Assembly (NCBI GenBank): GCA_002811645.1
Contig: PDIP01000003.1
Coordinates: 620,001 to 684,000 of the forward strand
DNA length: 64,000 nucleotides
DNA from: Corallochytrium limacisporum Hawaii
Lineage: Eukaryota > Protista > Pluriformea
Direction: 5' to 3'
The notes below the pieces were generated by a model. It had not been told where the DNA came from. It did not search any database and saw only the letters and a program-made list of their open reading frames with translations. Positions 44,779 to 57,678 of this stretch are shown in pieces (positions within the stretch are counted from its first letter, which is position 1; every line of letters begins with the position of its first letter). The position numbers and the translations under genes were made by a program.

Positions 44779-45926
44779 AGGGCACCGTACCTGTTCGTGT
44801 GCGGGAAGAAAGTGGAAAGGGTGAAAAGAGGGGCGTTGGGGGCGCCGGAACGGAGCGAACGACATTTGGGCCCTGCCAATGCATCAGCAGAGGGATTATC
44901 TAAACTAATAAGTATATAGTATATAATGTAAATGTATGTAAAAGTAGTTTATTTATAAGAATGTCAGTATATAAATACCGATGCGCACAGTGGCGATAAA
45001 AGAAAATGAGCTGGCAGCAAAAAATGCAGACAAGGAAGCCAGGAAAAAGGTTGGGGGGAAGGGGGGGGGCCTCTGTGAGGAGCGCGCAGCAGAGCAAAAA
45101 CTCTAAATAAAAAGAAAAAGGGACAACACCACCCACCGCAGCCAATGAGAAAACACCACAGCACAGCGGCAAAAACTTTACCCTCGAAGGAAAGTGAAGA
45201 GAGGGAAGGGTGTGGAGGCAATGAATGACACAGGGAAAAAGGGAGGGGGCCAAGGGAAAGAAAAAAAGAGAGAACCTGCGCTTCGAAGAGGGAGAGCGGG
45301 GGAGACCGCGGACCACGGGGCGAGCAGGAGGCGAACACAGGCACCGGTCGTTTGACAGTACCGCCACTACCGGCACGAATGGAAAATCCAAGCAAAACAC
45401 AATAGGGACACCACTCCGTTTGCCTTGAATAGGCGAGTGGCTGTTGTGATTCCTTTCTCTTCTCGTTTGAGGTTGCGTGTTCCCCCCTGTTTGCCTTTCC
45501 AGGTGGCGCCTCTGTGATTGTTCTTGAAGGTGACGGTCAGGGTTCCGAATGACCGAAAAGAGAACAATTTCTGGGCATCGATGGAGAGACAGCCGGAAAC
45601 GCAGACTGTTTTGGGCCCCTGTTTGTGTGCTGTCATAGTTTTATCCGGGACCGACTTTTGTTCGCCGACACTGTGTCTCTGTGTTTGTTCGCGATAGAAT
45701 AACAACGTACGTCAGTGGCAGTGGCCTGAGCTGGTGACTGTCACGACGACAGCGACTAGGAATGGTTTGTTGGCCACAGTTTTGGTATTTGAGATCCGGC
45801 GTTCAATCACTGGATAGCTTCGGGTGCGGTAAGGTTATCTACCTTTCGGGATCACCAAAAGAATTTTTGTTTCTAAGGGATAAAGAATTTGGGTGATTTG
45901 TAGAAAAGAGTATCGACAACAAATAG

Positions 45927-48359
<2,433 letters not shown>

Positions 48360-48934
48360 ATACCGACACCGCCAGACTGACGCTAGAACTTCATCCACCA
48401 ACACTGTGCACTTTTCACAGGACGACAAATTAAAAAAAAACTATGAAAGCGTTTAATCTAACCTTTTCGATAAATGGGACGCAAACTGCGACTGTTTTTG
48501 GCCGATCCGCTAGCTCAACACCTTATTGGATTTCCAATCGCCGTTCTTGCAATTGACCATGACTGTCTTCTGTCACCCGCCCCGGCCGCTCTTTAGGAGA
48601 GAGTCTCTGGCCTCACCACCCCCCCCGGCCCCTTTTCATTCTTTTCGGCAGGCAAACCCTCCTCCGGTTGGGGTTGAGAGATCGAGGACCGTCACCCGTT
48701 GGATACTGTTGTGGAAAGCTACTAAGGCAAAAGAAATAGAAAATTGTTTGGCGGCAACTAATTTACGGTGGTATGTGTAAATGTCAAGACCTATAGAATA
48801 ATCACCGACGGACAGTACCAGACCTTTTTACAATTTTTGAGGAAAACATGTAGGAATAAGTGACTCGGGATCTGTAATCGAAAATAAGAGGATCGGGATT
48901 TGTTTGCTTTATTAGGAACAAACGGAACACAGCC

Positions 48935-49705
48935 ATGAATACCACAGACACAGACACAATCCTCGGTACGGACAGTATTGCACTGAAACATGAATTCCTA
49001 CATGAGTTCTCTGCGCGGTTAAAGCAGTCCGACAAGCTTCAGTTTGACGGTGCTTCCCACAAAGACACGACAGTGGAAAAGGAATCGAATAGCATCAGTC
49101 CATCAAAGCAAGGTGGAGCAAAGTCAGGCACGGCAGGCAGTGAGACGAAGCCAGGGTTTCACTACGGTAAATTGCTGTTGGTCAAACCAGAGCACTCACT
49201 GTCCTACAACGGCGCCTTCGTTGATGGGCTGGCTTTTAGCGCCGAGTCTGATCTCACTGTGTATCAGCTTTCCCGAGCGCTCATGACAGGCCGACCGGAG
49301 CAGGAGGTCGAGGTGTTGAGGAAGCGGAAGTTGAGTGAAGACCGTGCACAGAATCTCAGCTACGCCCCACCAACAGCATGGAGCGAGGCGGACTGGGCAG
49401 AGTACTGCAGTCTCCGAGGACCCAAGGCAGGGACTGCGCGGACGGAAGGAACGGTGGACGATCTGCTCACCAAGGCTACATTGCCGGATTCCGAGAAGCC
49501 GGACTTTGAGAAGACGATCAAAAAAGAAGCACTCGCCTTGTTTAAGAGCCTTGGGCAAGACGCCAGGGCGCGAGAACGAAAGCGACGGGAGCTTCGAAAC
49601 GCTCGATACACAGAATCGTTCCGGGAGCTCGACCGATTAAAGAAGCGCAAGCTCGGTGAAGCAGATCAGTATGACCCCAGGGAGCCACAACAGTCAAGGG
49701 ATTAA
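48935..49705 (+). CDS. Hypothetical nuclear protein, LIN37-like (MuvB/DREAM subunit) by remote motif similarity
   Basis: VDGLAFSAESDLTVYQLSRALM resembles the LIN37 VDLAQF..TPLYPICRAW block; RNARYTESFREL resembles NQLRYSESMKIL. Basic NLS-like clusters. Confidence 0.7.
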   Translation: MNTTDTDTILGTDSIALKHEFLHEFSARLKQSDKLQFDGASHKDTTVEKESNSISPSKQGGAKSGTAGSETKPGFHYGKLLLVKPEHSLSYNGAFVDGLAFSAESDLTVYQLSRALMTGRPEQEVEVLRKRKLSEDRAQNLSYAPPTAWSEADWAEYCSLRGPKAGTARTEGTVDDLLTKATLPDSEKPDFEKTIKKEALALFKSLGQDARARERKRRELRNARYTESFRELDRLKKRKLGEADQYDPREPQQSRD

Positions 49706-49817
49706 ACACAGTGTTTTCATAATGAGTGATATGACATGAAGTATATTTTCTTTAATATCAAGCATGGCTGTCTGCATGATGTTTGGTACACGAATCGCAT
49801 CTACCATTAGGGTTCTC

Positions 49818-51944
49818 TCAAAGCTTGACTGCCGCTCCAGCACGGTTGGACGCTTTCTTGCGGCTGCCGCCAGGCTGGTCCCTCGCATTTCGCTTTGCCT
49901 TCTTGCCGGCCATGTCTTCCTGCACCTGGTTCTGCAGGGCCTTGAAGAAGGCCGTTGACGAACTGTAATTGTTAACACCCGTGCCGGCCCGATCCCCACC
50001 TTTGTCGCGACTGTTGATGCCCTTGAATACATTGCGATTATTGCGCAGCAGGCGCTTCTCTGCGTCGGCCTTCGAAAGCTCACCACCAGCCCGGACGTGA
50101 GCCTCCTGGGCGACAGCCTTGGCCTTCTGAGCGGCCTTCTTCTTGCGACGGGCGCGCAGACGGTCAGTCTTGGATCGCTCTTCTGCAGCCTTGGGCTCAT
50201 CCCGGCCAGTCTTAGCAGTAGATTTGTAAACTTCCTCTGGTGCAAGACGGTCAGCAGTGGACATTGCCGTGGGTTGGACCTCCTCCATGGCCAGGGCAGG
50301 TGCTTGCGTTATCACCTCGACGCTATCCTTAGCAGCCTTGGGTGTGTAGTGCATGTTAGACAATGCGTCCAGCTTGCGGGCCAGTTCGGTCCAGACCTCA
50401 GTGATGGCGTCGTGCTTTTCCTGGAGTTCTTTGGACACCTGCTTTTGGGCCACAGTGGTGCCTTCCAAGCGGGCCTGGTAGTCTTCCTCGTAGACTTGCG
50501 CCAAACTCTGCTTCGACTTTTCTGCACTGACGTCATACTGGGGCTTAAACTTACCGTCTCCGTCTTCTGCCAGCAGGTTCTGGCGCACTGGGTCGTCAAA
50601 GACTTGATCACGAATGCGTCGATTGATTATCTCTTCGATCTCTTCGGTATGCTCCTCGGTCGGTTCCGGGGCGGGCTTAGAGGCGTAATCGATTTCCATG
50701 AACTCTTCAAGCAGAGCATTCTCAGGCCGGGCCTTTGCAATGGTTTCACCGCTCATCTGCCAGCTCTTGGGCTCAGCGTTGCGCCGCTCAAGCTCTTCAA
50801 TCTGTTTGCCGACCTTGAGCTGTTCCTTTTCGTGCCTGGACAGACCGGTCGCGGCCTGAGCTGCTTGCTCCGGTACTACACTGAGGTCATTGCCGTCAGA
50901 GTCGAAGAGGAGGGCTCTTCGCTCGGCATTGACACCATCCACTGTTGCTGTGTTCAACATAGCGGCGTCTTCATCGTCGTAAAGGTCCCCTTCATCCTCG
51001 TCGTCATCAAGGAGCTGTTGCTTCGTATCCTGTACTTCGTTCTGGCCTAAACGGAAGAACTGCTCAGCCCTGAGGTTGTTAATGTCCTCATCGTCATCAT
51101 CCATGTTAACGTTGTAATCGATGCTGTCATCATCATCATCCTCATTGTTGTCCATGTCGTCGTCGTCTGCCTCTTCTTCTGCCTCCCGCACAAAGTTTTC
51201 CATCTCTGCCAGACTGAAGTACTTGTCGTCTACTTCGGTAGTACCGTACTTGACCTTTCTATTCTTTGGGTCGATGTCGCGGTCATCGTCATCGTCGTCG
51301 TCTTCCTCCCCGGCGTCAAATTCTTTCGTTCCCTTCGCAAACGTTACTTGGCGGCGGATCATTTCTTCTCCAAAGTCTGTGGCATCCACCTCTGAATCTT
51401 CTTCATCCTCTTCTTCGTTCTGAACGTCTCGCTCGTCGTATTCACTATCATCGTCGCCCTGCAGTGCCCTGCCATTCACCATGTCGTTGACTTCTTCGTC
51501 GCTATCATACTCAGCAAGGTGATCTTTCGCTTCCACTTCAACCTGCTGACGACGCGTCCGTTCTGCAACCTTGTTCGCCTCGATATCTTTCTGGACATTG
51601 CTCATGTCCTTGCGCAGTTGACTCAGGGCAGGTTTGTTACGCATCAGCAGCTCTTCCCACAGCTGTTCGGCGTCGAGCCCATCAATGATAAACTCTGACA
51701 ACGCCGTGTACTTCCGCCGATCATGACTAAGGGCCAGGTCAAACAGTTCTTTCAGGGCTTCTTTGCCATGCTGTGCGACTTCCTGATCAGCCCGTAGGAA
51801 CTTCGCCGGCTGTGTGAGGGGACCCTGGATAAATCCGAGCGTGCGCGGAAAGATAGGATCAGTAACCTTCGCGGTGCCAATTTTGCGGGCTTTCCGCTTC
51901 GATGCCGTTTTAGCGGGCGAATTTGTACTCGTCCGTTTAACCAT
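49818..51944 (-). CDS. MPHOSPH10: U3 snoRNP protein Mpp10
   Basis: IDGLDAEQLWEEL, DDKYFSLAEME, KSWQMSGETIAKARPENALLE, EKSKQSLAQVYE, KLDALSNMHYTPK, PALAMEEVQP, LAPEEVY. Confidence 0.96.
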   Translation of the reverse strand: MVKRTSTNSPAKTASKRKARKIGTAKVTDPIFPRTLGFIQGPLTQPAKFLRADQEVAQHGKEALKELFDLALSHDRRKYTALSEFIIDGLDAEQLWEELLMRNKPALSQLRKDMSNVQKDIEANKVAERTRRQQVEVEAKDHLAEYDSDEEVNDMVNGRALQGDDDSEYDERDVQNEEEDEEDSEVDATDFGEEMIRRQVTFAKGTKEFDAGEEDDDDDDDRDIDPKNRKVKYGTTEVDDKYFSLAEMENFVREAEEEADDDDMDNNEDDDDDSIDYNVNMDDDDEDINNLRAEQFFRLGQNEVQDTKQQLLDDDEDEGDLYDDEDAAMLNTATVDGVNAERRALLFDSDGNDLSVVPEQAAQAATGLSRHEKEQLKVGKQIEELERRNAEPKSWQMSGETIAKARPENALLEEFMEIDYASKPAPEPTEEHTEEIEEIINRRIRDQVFDDPVRQNLLAEDGDGKFKPQYDVSAEKSKQSLAQVYEEDYQARLEGTTVAQKQVSKELQEKHDAITEVWTELARKLDALSNMHYTPKAAKDSVEVITQAPALAMEEVQPTAMSTADRLAPEEVYKSTAKTGRDEPKAAEERSKTDRLRARRKKKAAQKAKAVAQEAHVRAGGELSKADAEKRLLRNNRNVFKGINSRDKGGDRAGTGVNNYSSSTAFFKALQNQVQEDMAGKKAKRNARDQPGGSRKKASNRAGAAVKL

Positions 51945-52239
51945 ATTGAACGTGTATGATTCGTGGCCTACTGCAAAGTCTGTCTATATCTAATTATGCT
52001 TCTTTTAGGATTCTCTTGGTCCTTTTACATTGTGCAGGGGGCATGCAGGTTTGTCATGTCCGTTCGTAGCACTTACGCCTCCTTATCACAAAGTAAATCA
52101 CACTATATTCATTGTACGTCAATCTCTGATCGAATGTATTCAGTTACAGTAGTCTAAATTGCTGTGAAATACCTATTTCGTATGGTCTCAGCTCCTAAAC
52201 ACTGCACTCTTTAGCCAGCCCCGCCACTACGCACGGGGT

Positions 52240-52256
52240 GGGGGGGGGGGGGGGGG
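52240..52256 (+). repeat. G17 homopolymer
   Basis: Read directly. Confidence 0.95.
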
Positions 52257-52326
52257 CGTGAAGGAAAACACAAAAGAAAAAGATAAAGTCCAAAGTACCC
52301 TTAGTCGGGTTCATAGACGGATCGAT

Positions 52327-52360
52327 ACACACACACACACACTCTCTCTCTCTCTCTCTC
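52327..52360 (+). repeat. Compound microsatellite (AC)n(TC)n
   Basis: Read directly. Confidence 0.95.
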
Positions 52361-52594
52361 ACTGTCTTCTCTCGCTCTCTTCAGGGGCCCCTCGGGTCTT
52401 TTCGGTACACCACAGGGGGCAGAGTAAGGGCCCCTCCCCCCTTGTTAATTTTTTTTGTCTTCTTCGTGTGTCTTGGCCCACTCAAAGTGGGGACGACGTG
52501 ACCCGACAGGGAGGAACCACGGTCCCGCAGGTGTAATGGCCGTTAATTGTTTCGGTGGCTTTCCCCGGTGGCCTGCAAAAAGCCGTTCTTCGTC

Positions 52595-52679
52595 CGCTCC
52601 CGCTCCCGCTCTCGCTCCCGCTCTCTCTCTCTCTCTCTCTCTCGCTCGCTCTCTCTCTCTCTCTCACTCTCTCACTCTC
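52595..52679 (+). repeat. (CGCTCC)n grading into an imperfect (CT)n microsatellite
   Basis: Read directly. Confidence 0.92.
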
Positions 52680-53232
52680 CGTTATGGAAAGTCACCGGGT
52701 TCTCCACCCCGCGACACCGAAGACACGAAGCCCAGCATTCCAAGAAACGTGTTGTGTTCCCGAGCGAACGAACCGACCGAGACACGTCAACATACACACA
52801 CTCGCACGCCGTGGAGCAGTGGAAAACGTTTGCCATAGTACCGAGGCAAGGTTTCTACTTTCGGGGACAGGCTTCGGAAAAGTCGTTCCCCAAATTCGCT
52901 CACACGGGGGTTGGGGGAAGGGGCACCTCGAGAGGTACCCCGGTGGAGTACGTTTTCTCGCTCCTGGTAGATGTGCATCTGCAAAATAACGTCCGCCTGA
53001 GTGGGTTGTTTCAATTTGTTTGCCATATCGGAGGATCAATTGGCGAGGGCGCTCTAAGTGTGTTGTCTCCATAGCTTAAGTTGGCTGAATTACTCTTGTA
53101 ATTGAGATCTGCACATGTGTTAAAGTAGGAGTAGAACGACGAGATACTTAAGACAAGTCGCATGCGATACTCCGCTAAAGCTTTCCATTTATAGGACGGG
53201 AATACTACAATATCCATCTGTCGGTGTACAAG

Positions 53233-55980
53233 ATGTTTGTACCGACTGTCCTGATCAAGGACGGCAAAGTTACCATCTCCAAAAACGATTGGAAAGCATT
53301 CGGCGGCAATACTGAGGGAGCTCAGATTGTGCAGGATCTTGACATCGAGGAATTCGTCTCCAACCTGCTTGTACTGGGAAATATTGTCATCTGTGACACT
53401 CAGGGTGGTGCCAACAAGAATGTAATTCTTCCCATCGTCTTTAACAACCCCGCCCGGATAACTGTCAGCGGTATCGAGTCCGTGGCTGCTGCTGTTGACT
53501 ACCTCGACGCTGGTGCAAACAATATCATTCTCAGTGACGAGGTGGTCCGTGACGAGCAGAATGCAGTGCGCAACCAGATTCCCCAGGAGCGTCTCTTCAT
53601 GAGGGTAAGCAGTGTAGGCAAGGGAGAAAAGGCGTACCACGAAGTTGTGGAGGGATGGCGTATGGTTTGCGGGGGTTTTCTGGTCCCAAGCCTTGCGGCC
53701 CTGGAGCAGGTGGATCCGTCTGTGCGAACACAGGAGCGCATTGTTGTCGCTCTCGACCGGGACGTCAGCGATTCTCGCGAGTTCATGTCTGAGTTTAACA
53801 AAGTTAGCCTCAAAGCTGACCACTTGACCGGTGAGATTGTCAGTACCCGCCTGCCGGCCCTGCTAAACCCGCAATTGGCGCGTCCTGATGGCACCACTGA
53901 CCGTGCCAAGAGCTCTGAGTCCGTAGACCCTGTCTATGACGATCTCTGGCGCAACGTGGCCACCTGTTATGACACACTCCTCAAGAGCGATCGCACCGAC
54001 GGACTCTACACTACTCTGGTCACGGACGAGTACGGCAAGGCTCTGGGTTTAGTTTACAGTTCTCGGGAGTCACTGTGGGAAAGCCTGAAGACGCGTAGGG
54101 GCGTGTACCAGAGCCGTAAGCGAGGGCTTTGGTATAAGGGAGATACTAGTGGCGCATTCCAAGATCTGCTGGCCGTGACGGTGGATTGTGATCGGGATTG
54201 TCTGCGCTTCACTTGTCACCAGCATGGCACGGGCTTCTGTCACCTCAAGACCAGATCCTGCTTCGGTGACGAAGATGGCATGGGAAATGTCTTCCGTATT
54301 ATTCAGAGCCGTCGAGCGCATGCCCCCGCTGGTTCCTACACTCATAAACTCTTCAACGATCCCGATCTGTTGCGAGCAAAGATTATGGAGGAAGCTGAGG
54401 AGCTTGTTGAAGCCGATGAAAGCGAAGAGGTTGCCTGGGAAGCTGCCGATCTCATGTATTTTACAATGGTTCGTGCCGTCAGCGCCGGCCTTGACCTGCG
54501 TTCGGTAGAGAAACAGCTGACGCGACGCCGTCTACGAGTCAGCCGCCGCCCTGGTAAAGCCAAGCCCAAGTGGCTTGAGGCCCTAGGCATTTTGCCCACC
54601 GAGGAGAACGCCAAAGGTTTCCAACCCTCTAGTAGCAACGGCACAGGTGGCAGTTCCAAGTCTCTGCCTGTCTATGACTCTAAGATGATCAGTCAAAATC
54701 AATATGGCGAGCTACTCCAGCGCCCCGCCCAGGGAACAAAGCCCGCAGTGCTTAAGAGCGTACGGCAAATTCTTAACCAGGTCCGCAAAGATGGCGACAC
54801 TGGTCTGCTAGCGTGCGTTGAGAAGTTTGACCGTGTTAAACTCGACAGCGTGATTTTGCAGGTGCCCAAGGCAGAGGACGTTGAACTGGACACCAAGATC
54901 AAGGAGTCCATTGACATTGCTCTCGGTAACATCCAGCGGTTCCATCAGGCCCAGATGGACAAGGAGGTGCCTATGTCGGTGGAAACAATGCCAGGAGTTG
55001 TTTGCAGTCGTGTCAGTCGACCAATTGAGCGGGTCGGATTGTACGTACCCGGTGGCACAGCCGTGCTGCCTTCAACGGCAATGATGCTTGGAGTTCCCGC
55101 AATGGTAGCTGGCTGCACGGACATTACCTTCTGCACTCCTGCTCGTGAAGATGGCAGCGTGCAACCGGAAATTCTGTACATTGCTGCTCGCGTAGGAGCA
55201 GCTCGTATTGTGCGTGCTGGTGGTGCCCACGGTGTGGCTGCCATGGCCTACGGGACGACCAGTGTGCCTGCTGTGGACAAGATTTTGGGACCTGGAAACC
55301 AGTACGTCACCTGTGCGAAGATGATGGTGGCTTCGGAGTCGAGCGGATCATTGACAGCCATCGACATGCCCGCCGGTCCCTCTGAGGTCATGGTGGTCGC
55401 TGATACGAAGGCGAACCCTGCATTCATTGCGGCAGATTTGCTCAGTCAGGCGGAGCACGGTGTAGACTCTCAGGTCGTACTGGTTACATGTGACGGCGTG
55501 GATGACCAGCATATTTCCGAAATCAAGGGGGAAGTTGAAAAGCAGGTCAGTGTCTTGCCCCGAGAGGACATTGCACGAGCTGCCCTGGACTCAAGTTTTG
55601 TTCTCAAGTGTGAGACCGCCGAGGAAGCCATTAACTTTGCCAACGCATACGCAGCTGAGCACCTCATCATCCAGATGCAGAACCCGTCATCATACATGGA
55701 CAAAATTCAGAACGCGGGTAGTGTCTTCCTAGGTCCGTACTCTCCGGAGTCATGCGGCGACTACGCTAGTGGTACCAACCATACTCTGCCCACCTACGGC
55801 TATGCTCGCATGTATTCGGGAGTGAGCACCAGCAGCTTCTTGAAGCACATCACTGCCCAGGAGCTGTCTGTTGACGGACTGAAGAATGTCGGTCCCGCGG
55901 TCGTTACTCTGGCTGAGCGTGAAGGTTTGGAGGCCCACGCAAATGCCGTCCGCGTGCGTTTGCAAGCGCAGCAGCAGTAA
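53233..55980 (+). CDS. HIS4: Trifunctional histidine biosynthesis protein (PR-AMP cyclohydrolase / PR-ATP pyrophosphatase / histidinol dehydrogenase), fungal His4 type
   Basis: HisI SRKRGLWYKGDTSG...DCDRD...FCHLKTRSCF; HisE GSYTHKLF...KIMEEAEEL...WEAADLMYF; HisD GLYVPGGTAVLPS, GPGNQYV, IDMPAGPSE, QAEH, GDYASGTNHTLPT. Confidence 0.98.
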   Translation: MFVPTVLIKDGKVTISKNDWKAFGGNTEGAQIVQDLDIEEFVSNLLVLGNIVICDTQGGANKNVILPIVFNNPARITVSGIESVAAAVDYLDAGANNIILSDEVVRDEQNAVRNQIPQERLFMRVSSVGKGEKAYHEVVEGWRMVCGGFLVPSLAALEQVDPSVRTQERIVVALDRDVSDSREFMSEFNKVSLKADHLTGEIVSTRLPALLNPQLARPDGTTDRAKSSESVDPVYDDLWRNVATCYDTLLKSDRTDGLYTTLVTDEYGKALGLVYSSRESLWESLKTRRGVYQSRKRGLWYKGDTSGAFQDLLAVTVDCDRDCLRFTCHQHGTGFCHLKTRSCFGDEDGMGNVFRIIQSRRAHAPAGSYTHKLFNDPDLLRAKIMEEAEELVEADESEEVAWEAADLMYFTMVRAVSAGLDLRSVEKQLTRRRLRVSRRPGKAKPKWLEALGILPTEENAKGFQPSSSNGTGGSSKSLPVYDSKMISQNQYGELLQRPAQGTKPAVLKSVRQILNQVRKDGDTGLLACVEKFDRVKLDSVILQVPKAEDVELDTKIKESIDIALGNIQRFHQAQMDKEVPMSVETMPGVVCSRVSRPIERVGLYVPGGTAVLPSTAMMLGVPAMVAGCTDITFCTPAREDGSVQPEILYIAARVGAARIVRAGGAHGVAAMAYGTTSVPAVDKILGPGNQYVTCAKMMVASESSGSLTAIDMPAGPSEVMVVADTKANPAFIAADLLSQAEHGVDSQVVLVTCDGVDDQHISEIKGEVEKQVSVLPREDIARAALDSSFVLKCETAEEAINFANAYAAEHLIIQMQNPSSYMDKIQNAGSVFLGPYSPESCGDYASGTNHTLPTYGYARMYSGVSTSSFLKHITAQELSVDGLKNVGPAVVTLAEREGLEAHANAVRVRLQAQQQ

Positions 55981-56100
55981 GGCCAAAGTGAGCAACCCCC
56001 GAAACTATTTACTACATGATCTAGTTTTAATTTGAATTTCAGGACAGTCTCGTGTGCACTTTGTTCTCAACCGTCTGATGGTCTCCTTGGACAGTATGTG

Positions 56101-57678
56101 TTACAGACTTTCCAGGACCACTAGGCTCTTCCTTGCCATTTCAGTAAAGTCGTTCTCCTTGAAGTGGTGCACGATTCGGTAGAACAGACCATAGGCAGTC
56201 TCATACGCTGCACCGGCCTGTGTATCCTCTTCGCAGGCCATGTGCAGCTGAGCAAGCAGTAGCATGATCTCGGCCGTCCGGAACGTGTGCTCTGCTTCGA
56301 CGCTTGCTGTAAGCTTCCCTAGTGCACCAACCAGCAGTCGCAGCACTCGTTTTACAACCAGCACGTACAGATCCCGCACCAGCAGGTCACTACCATGGTA
56401 GTTGATCCGGTAGACTCCGTTGACGTCCTCCTTTAGACCCATAGTCATGCATTGGTCAATCCGCAACAACTGTACACTCAGCTCGCGCGAAAGTCCAGAG
56501 CTAAGTTGCAGGTCACCGATTTCTATTGGGGACAGTGCCCGAACAATTTCCAGTGCAATGGCAAGGTAATGCAGTTGCGTATCCGTGCGAGCCGCTGAAG
56601 CTTCTGCCGTTGTGTTTGGGGCATCTTCGGCACGGGTATGTGTGGGCCCCGTGCCACCTTCGATCTTCTCCTTGACTTGCACGTTACTATCGAATGGTTC
56701 TGACTGTTCGATAGGAAGATGGTCCATTGCCCTGTCAACTGCATCGTGCGCCAAACCATAGATAGCTTCGAAGGCCAGATACTTCAGTTCATCATTCTCG
56801 CTCCTCCAGTCATCACCGCTGGCCTCCTTGACTATTGCAGTGATATGGGTGACATCAAGAGATATAGAAGTACTCATAGTCTCATTCATAGCGGCATCCG
56901 CAGTTTCTGTGTAAGAGTTGCCTACCTTGTCGTTCTCTTTGTCCTGCAAAGATGATGACAGCTGCTGTTTGTCGACATTGAACAGCAGCCTTCCTATCTG
57001 CGCAAAGATGCTCTCAGAGTGGTAGAGAAACTTAAAGGGCAAATGTGAAATGGTCGTCCAGTCGGATGGCAGGGAAGTCAAGTCTGTGTTGGTTGTCTGC
57101 AAAGCCAGTGCGTGCCGGAGGACATCTTCACTGACCTTGAGCAGCTGTTCAACACCAACCAGTATACTGAAGGTACTCAGTGTGGCAGTCCAGACGATTG
57201 CTTTGTTGCGGGTCCGCGGGTAGAGAGTCTTCAGTGTTGCACACGCACTGGCACTATCTGTGGCACTGAGATCGCTCTCTGTCATGTCTAAAAGTTCTCC
57301 AATGATATTTTCGCCGCTGATTTTGGCCTCAGGGACCTTGCCCTTCCCGTTCTCGGAGGTTTCTTCACGATTGGCTGGACATGTATGCTGAATAATGCGC
57401 TCAAACAGAGCAATGTAAATGCGTTTCTGGTCTGAACTCAGTGAATCAGCACTGACAATCTCTTTGCGCACTTTGTAAACTTCCAGGATGCATTCGGTGT
57501 CCGTGGTGCCTTGGGCTAGGTCAATCTCTACCTCACCCACTGCACAGCCTGTGCATTCATTAGCCGCGCAGCCCGGCGCATGTTCCAACTTTGTATCTGC
57601 AGACTTTGTCCGTTTGGTAGAAGACTGATAGGAATCCTCTACAGAACTGCTGTCCGCAGATCGTTTTGTTGCTGTCAT
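56101..57678 (-). CDS. Hypothetical alpha-helical protein with an N-terminal His/Cys motif and a TPR-like C-terminus
   Basis: About 525-aa ORF from ATG 57678; HAPGCAANECTGC motif; AEIMLLLAQLHMACEEDTQAGAAYETAYGLF. Confidence 0.8.
   Translation of the reverse strand: MTATKRSADSSSVEDSYQSSTKRTKSADTKLEHAPGCAANECTGCAVGEVEIDLAQGTTDTECILEVYKVRKEIVSADSLSSDQKRIYIALFERIIQHTCPANREETSENGKGKVPEAKISGENIIGELLDMTESDLSATDSASACATLKTLYPRTRNKAIVWTATLSTFSILVGVEQLLKVSEDVLRHALALQTTNTDLTSLPSDWTTISHLPFKFLYHSESIFAQIGRLLFNVDKQQLSSSLQDKENDKVGNSYTETADAAMNETMSTSISLDVTHITAIVKEASGDDWRSENDELKYLAFEAIYGLAHDAVDRAMDHLPIEQSEPFDSNVQVKEKIEGGTGPTHTRAEDAPNTTAEASAARTDTQLHYLAIALEIVRALSPIEIGDLQLSSGLSRELSVQLLRIDQCMTMGLKEDVNGVYRINYHGSDLLVRDLYVLVVKRVLRLLVGALGKLTASVEAEHTFRTAEIMLLLAQLHMACEEDTQAGAAYETAYGLFYRIVHHFKENDFTEMARKSLVVLESL

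Noticed and set aside
44036-44885. Possible MITE terminal inverted repeats (TGCATTG..TGTCGTT versus AACGACA..CAATGCA)
   Set aside because: Only two 7-nt matches with unequal spacing, and no target-site duplication seen.
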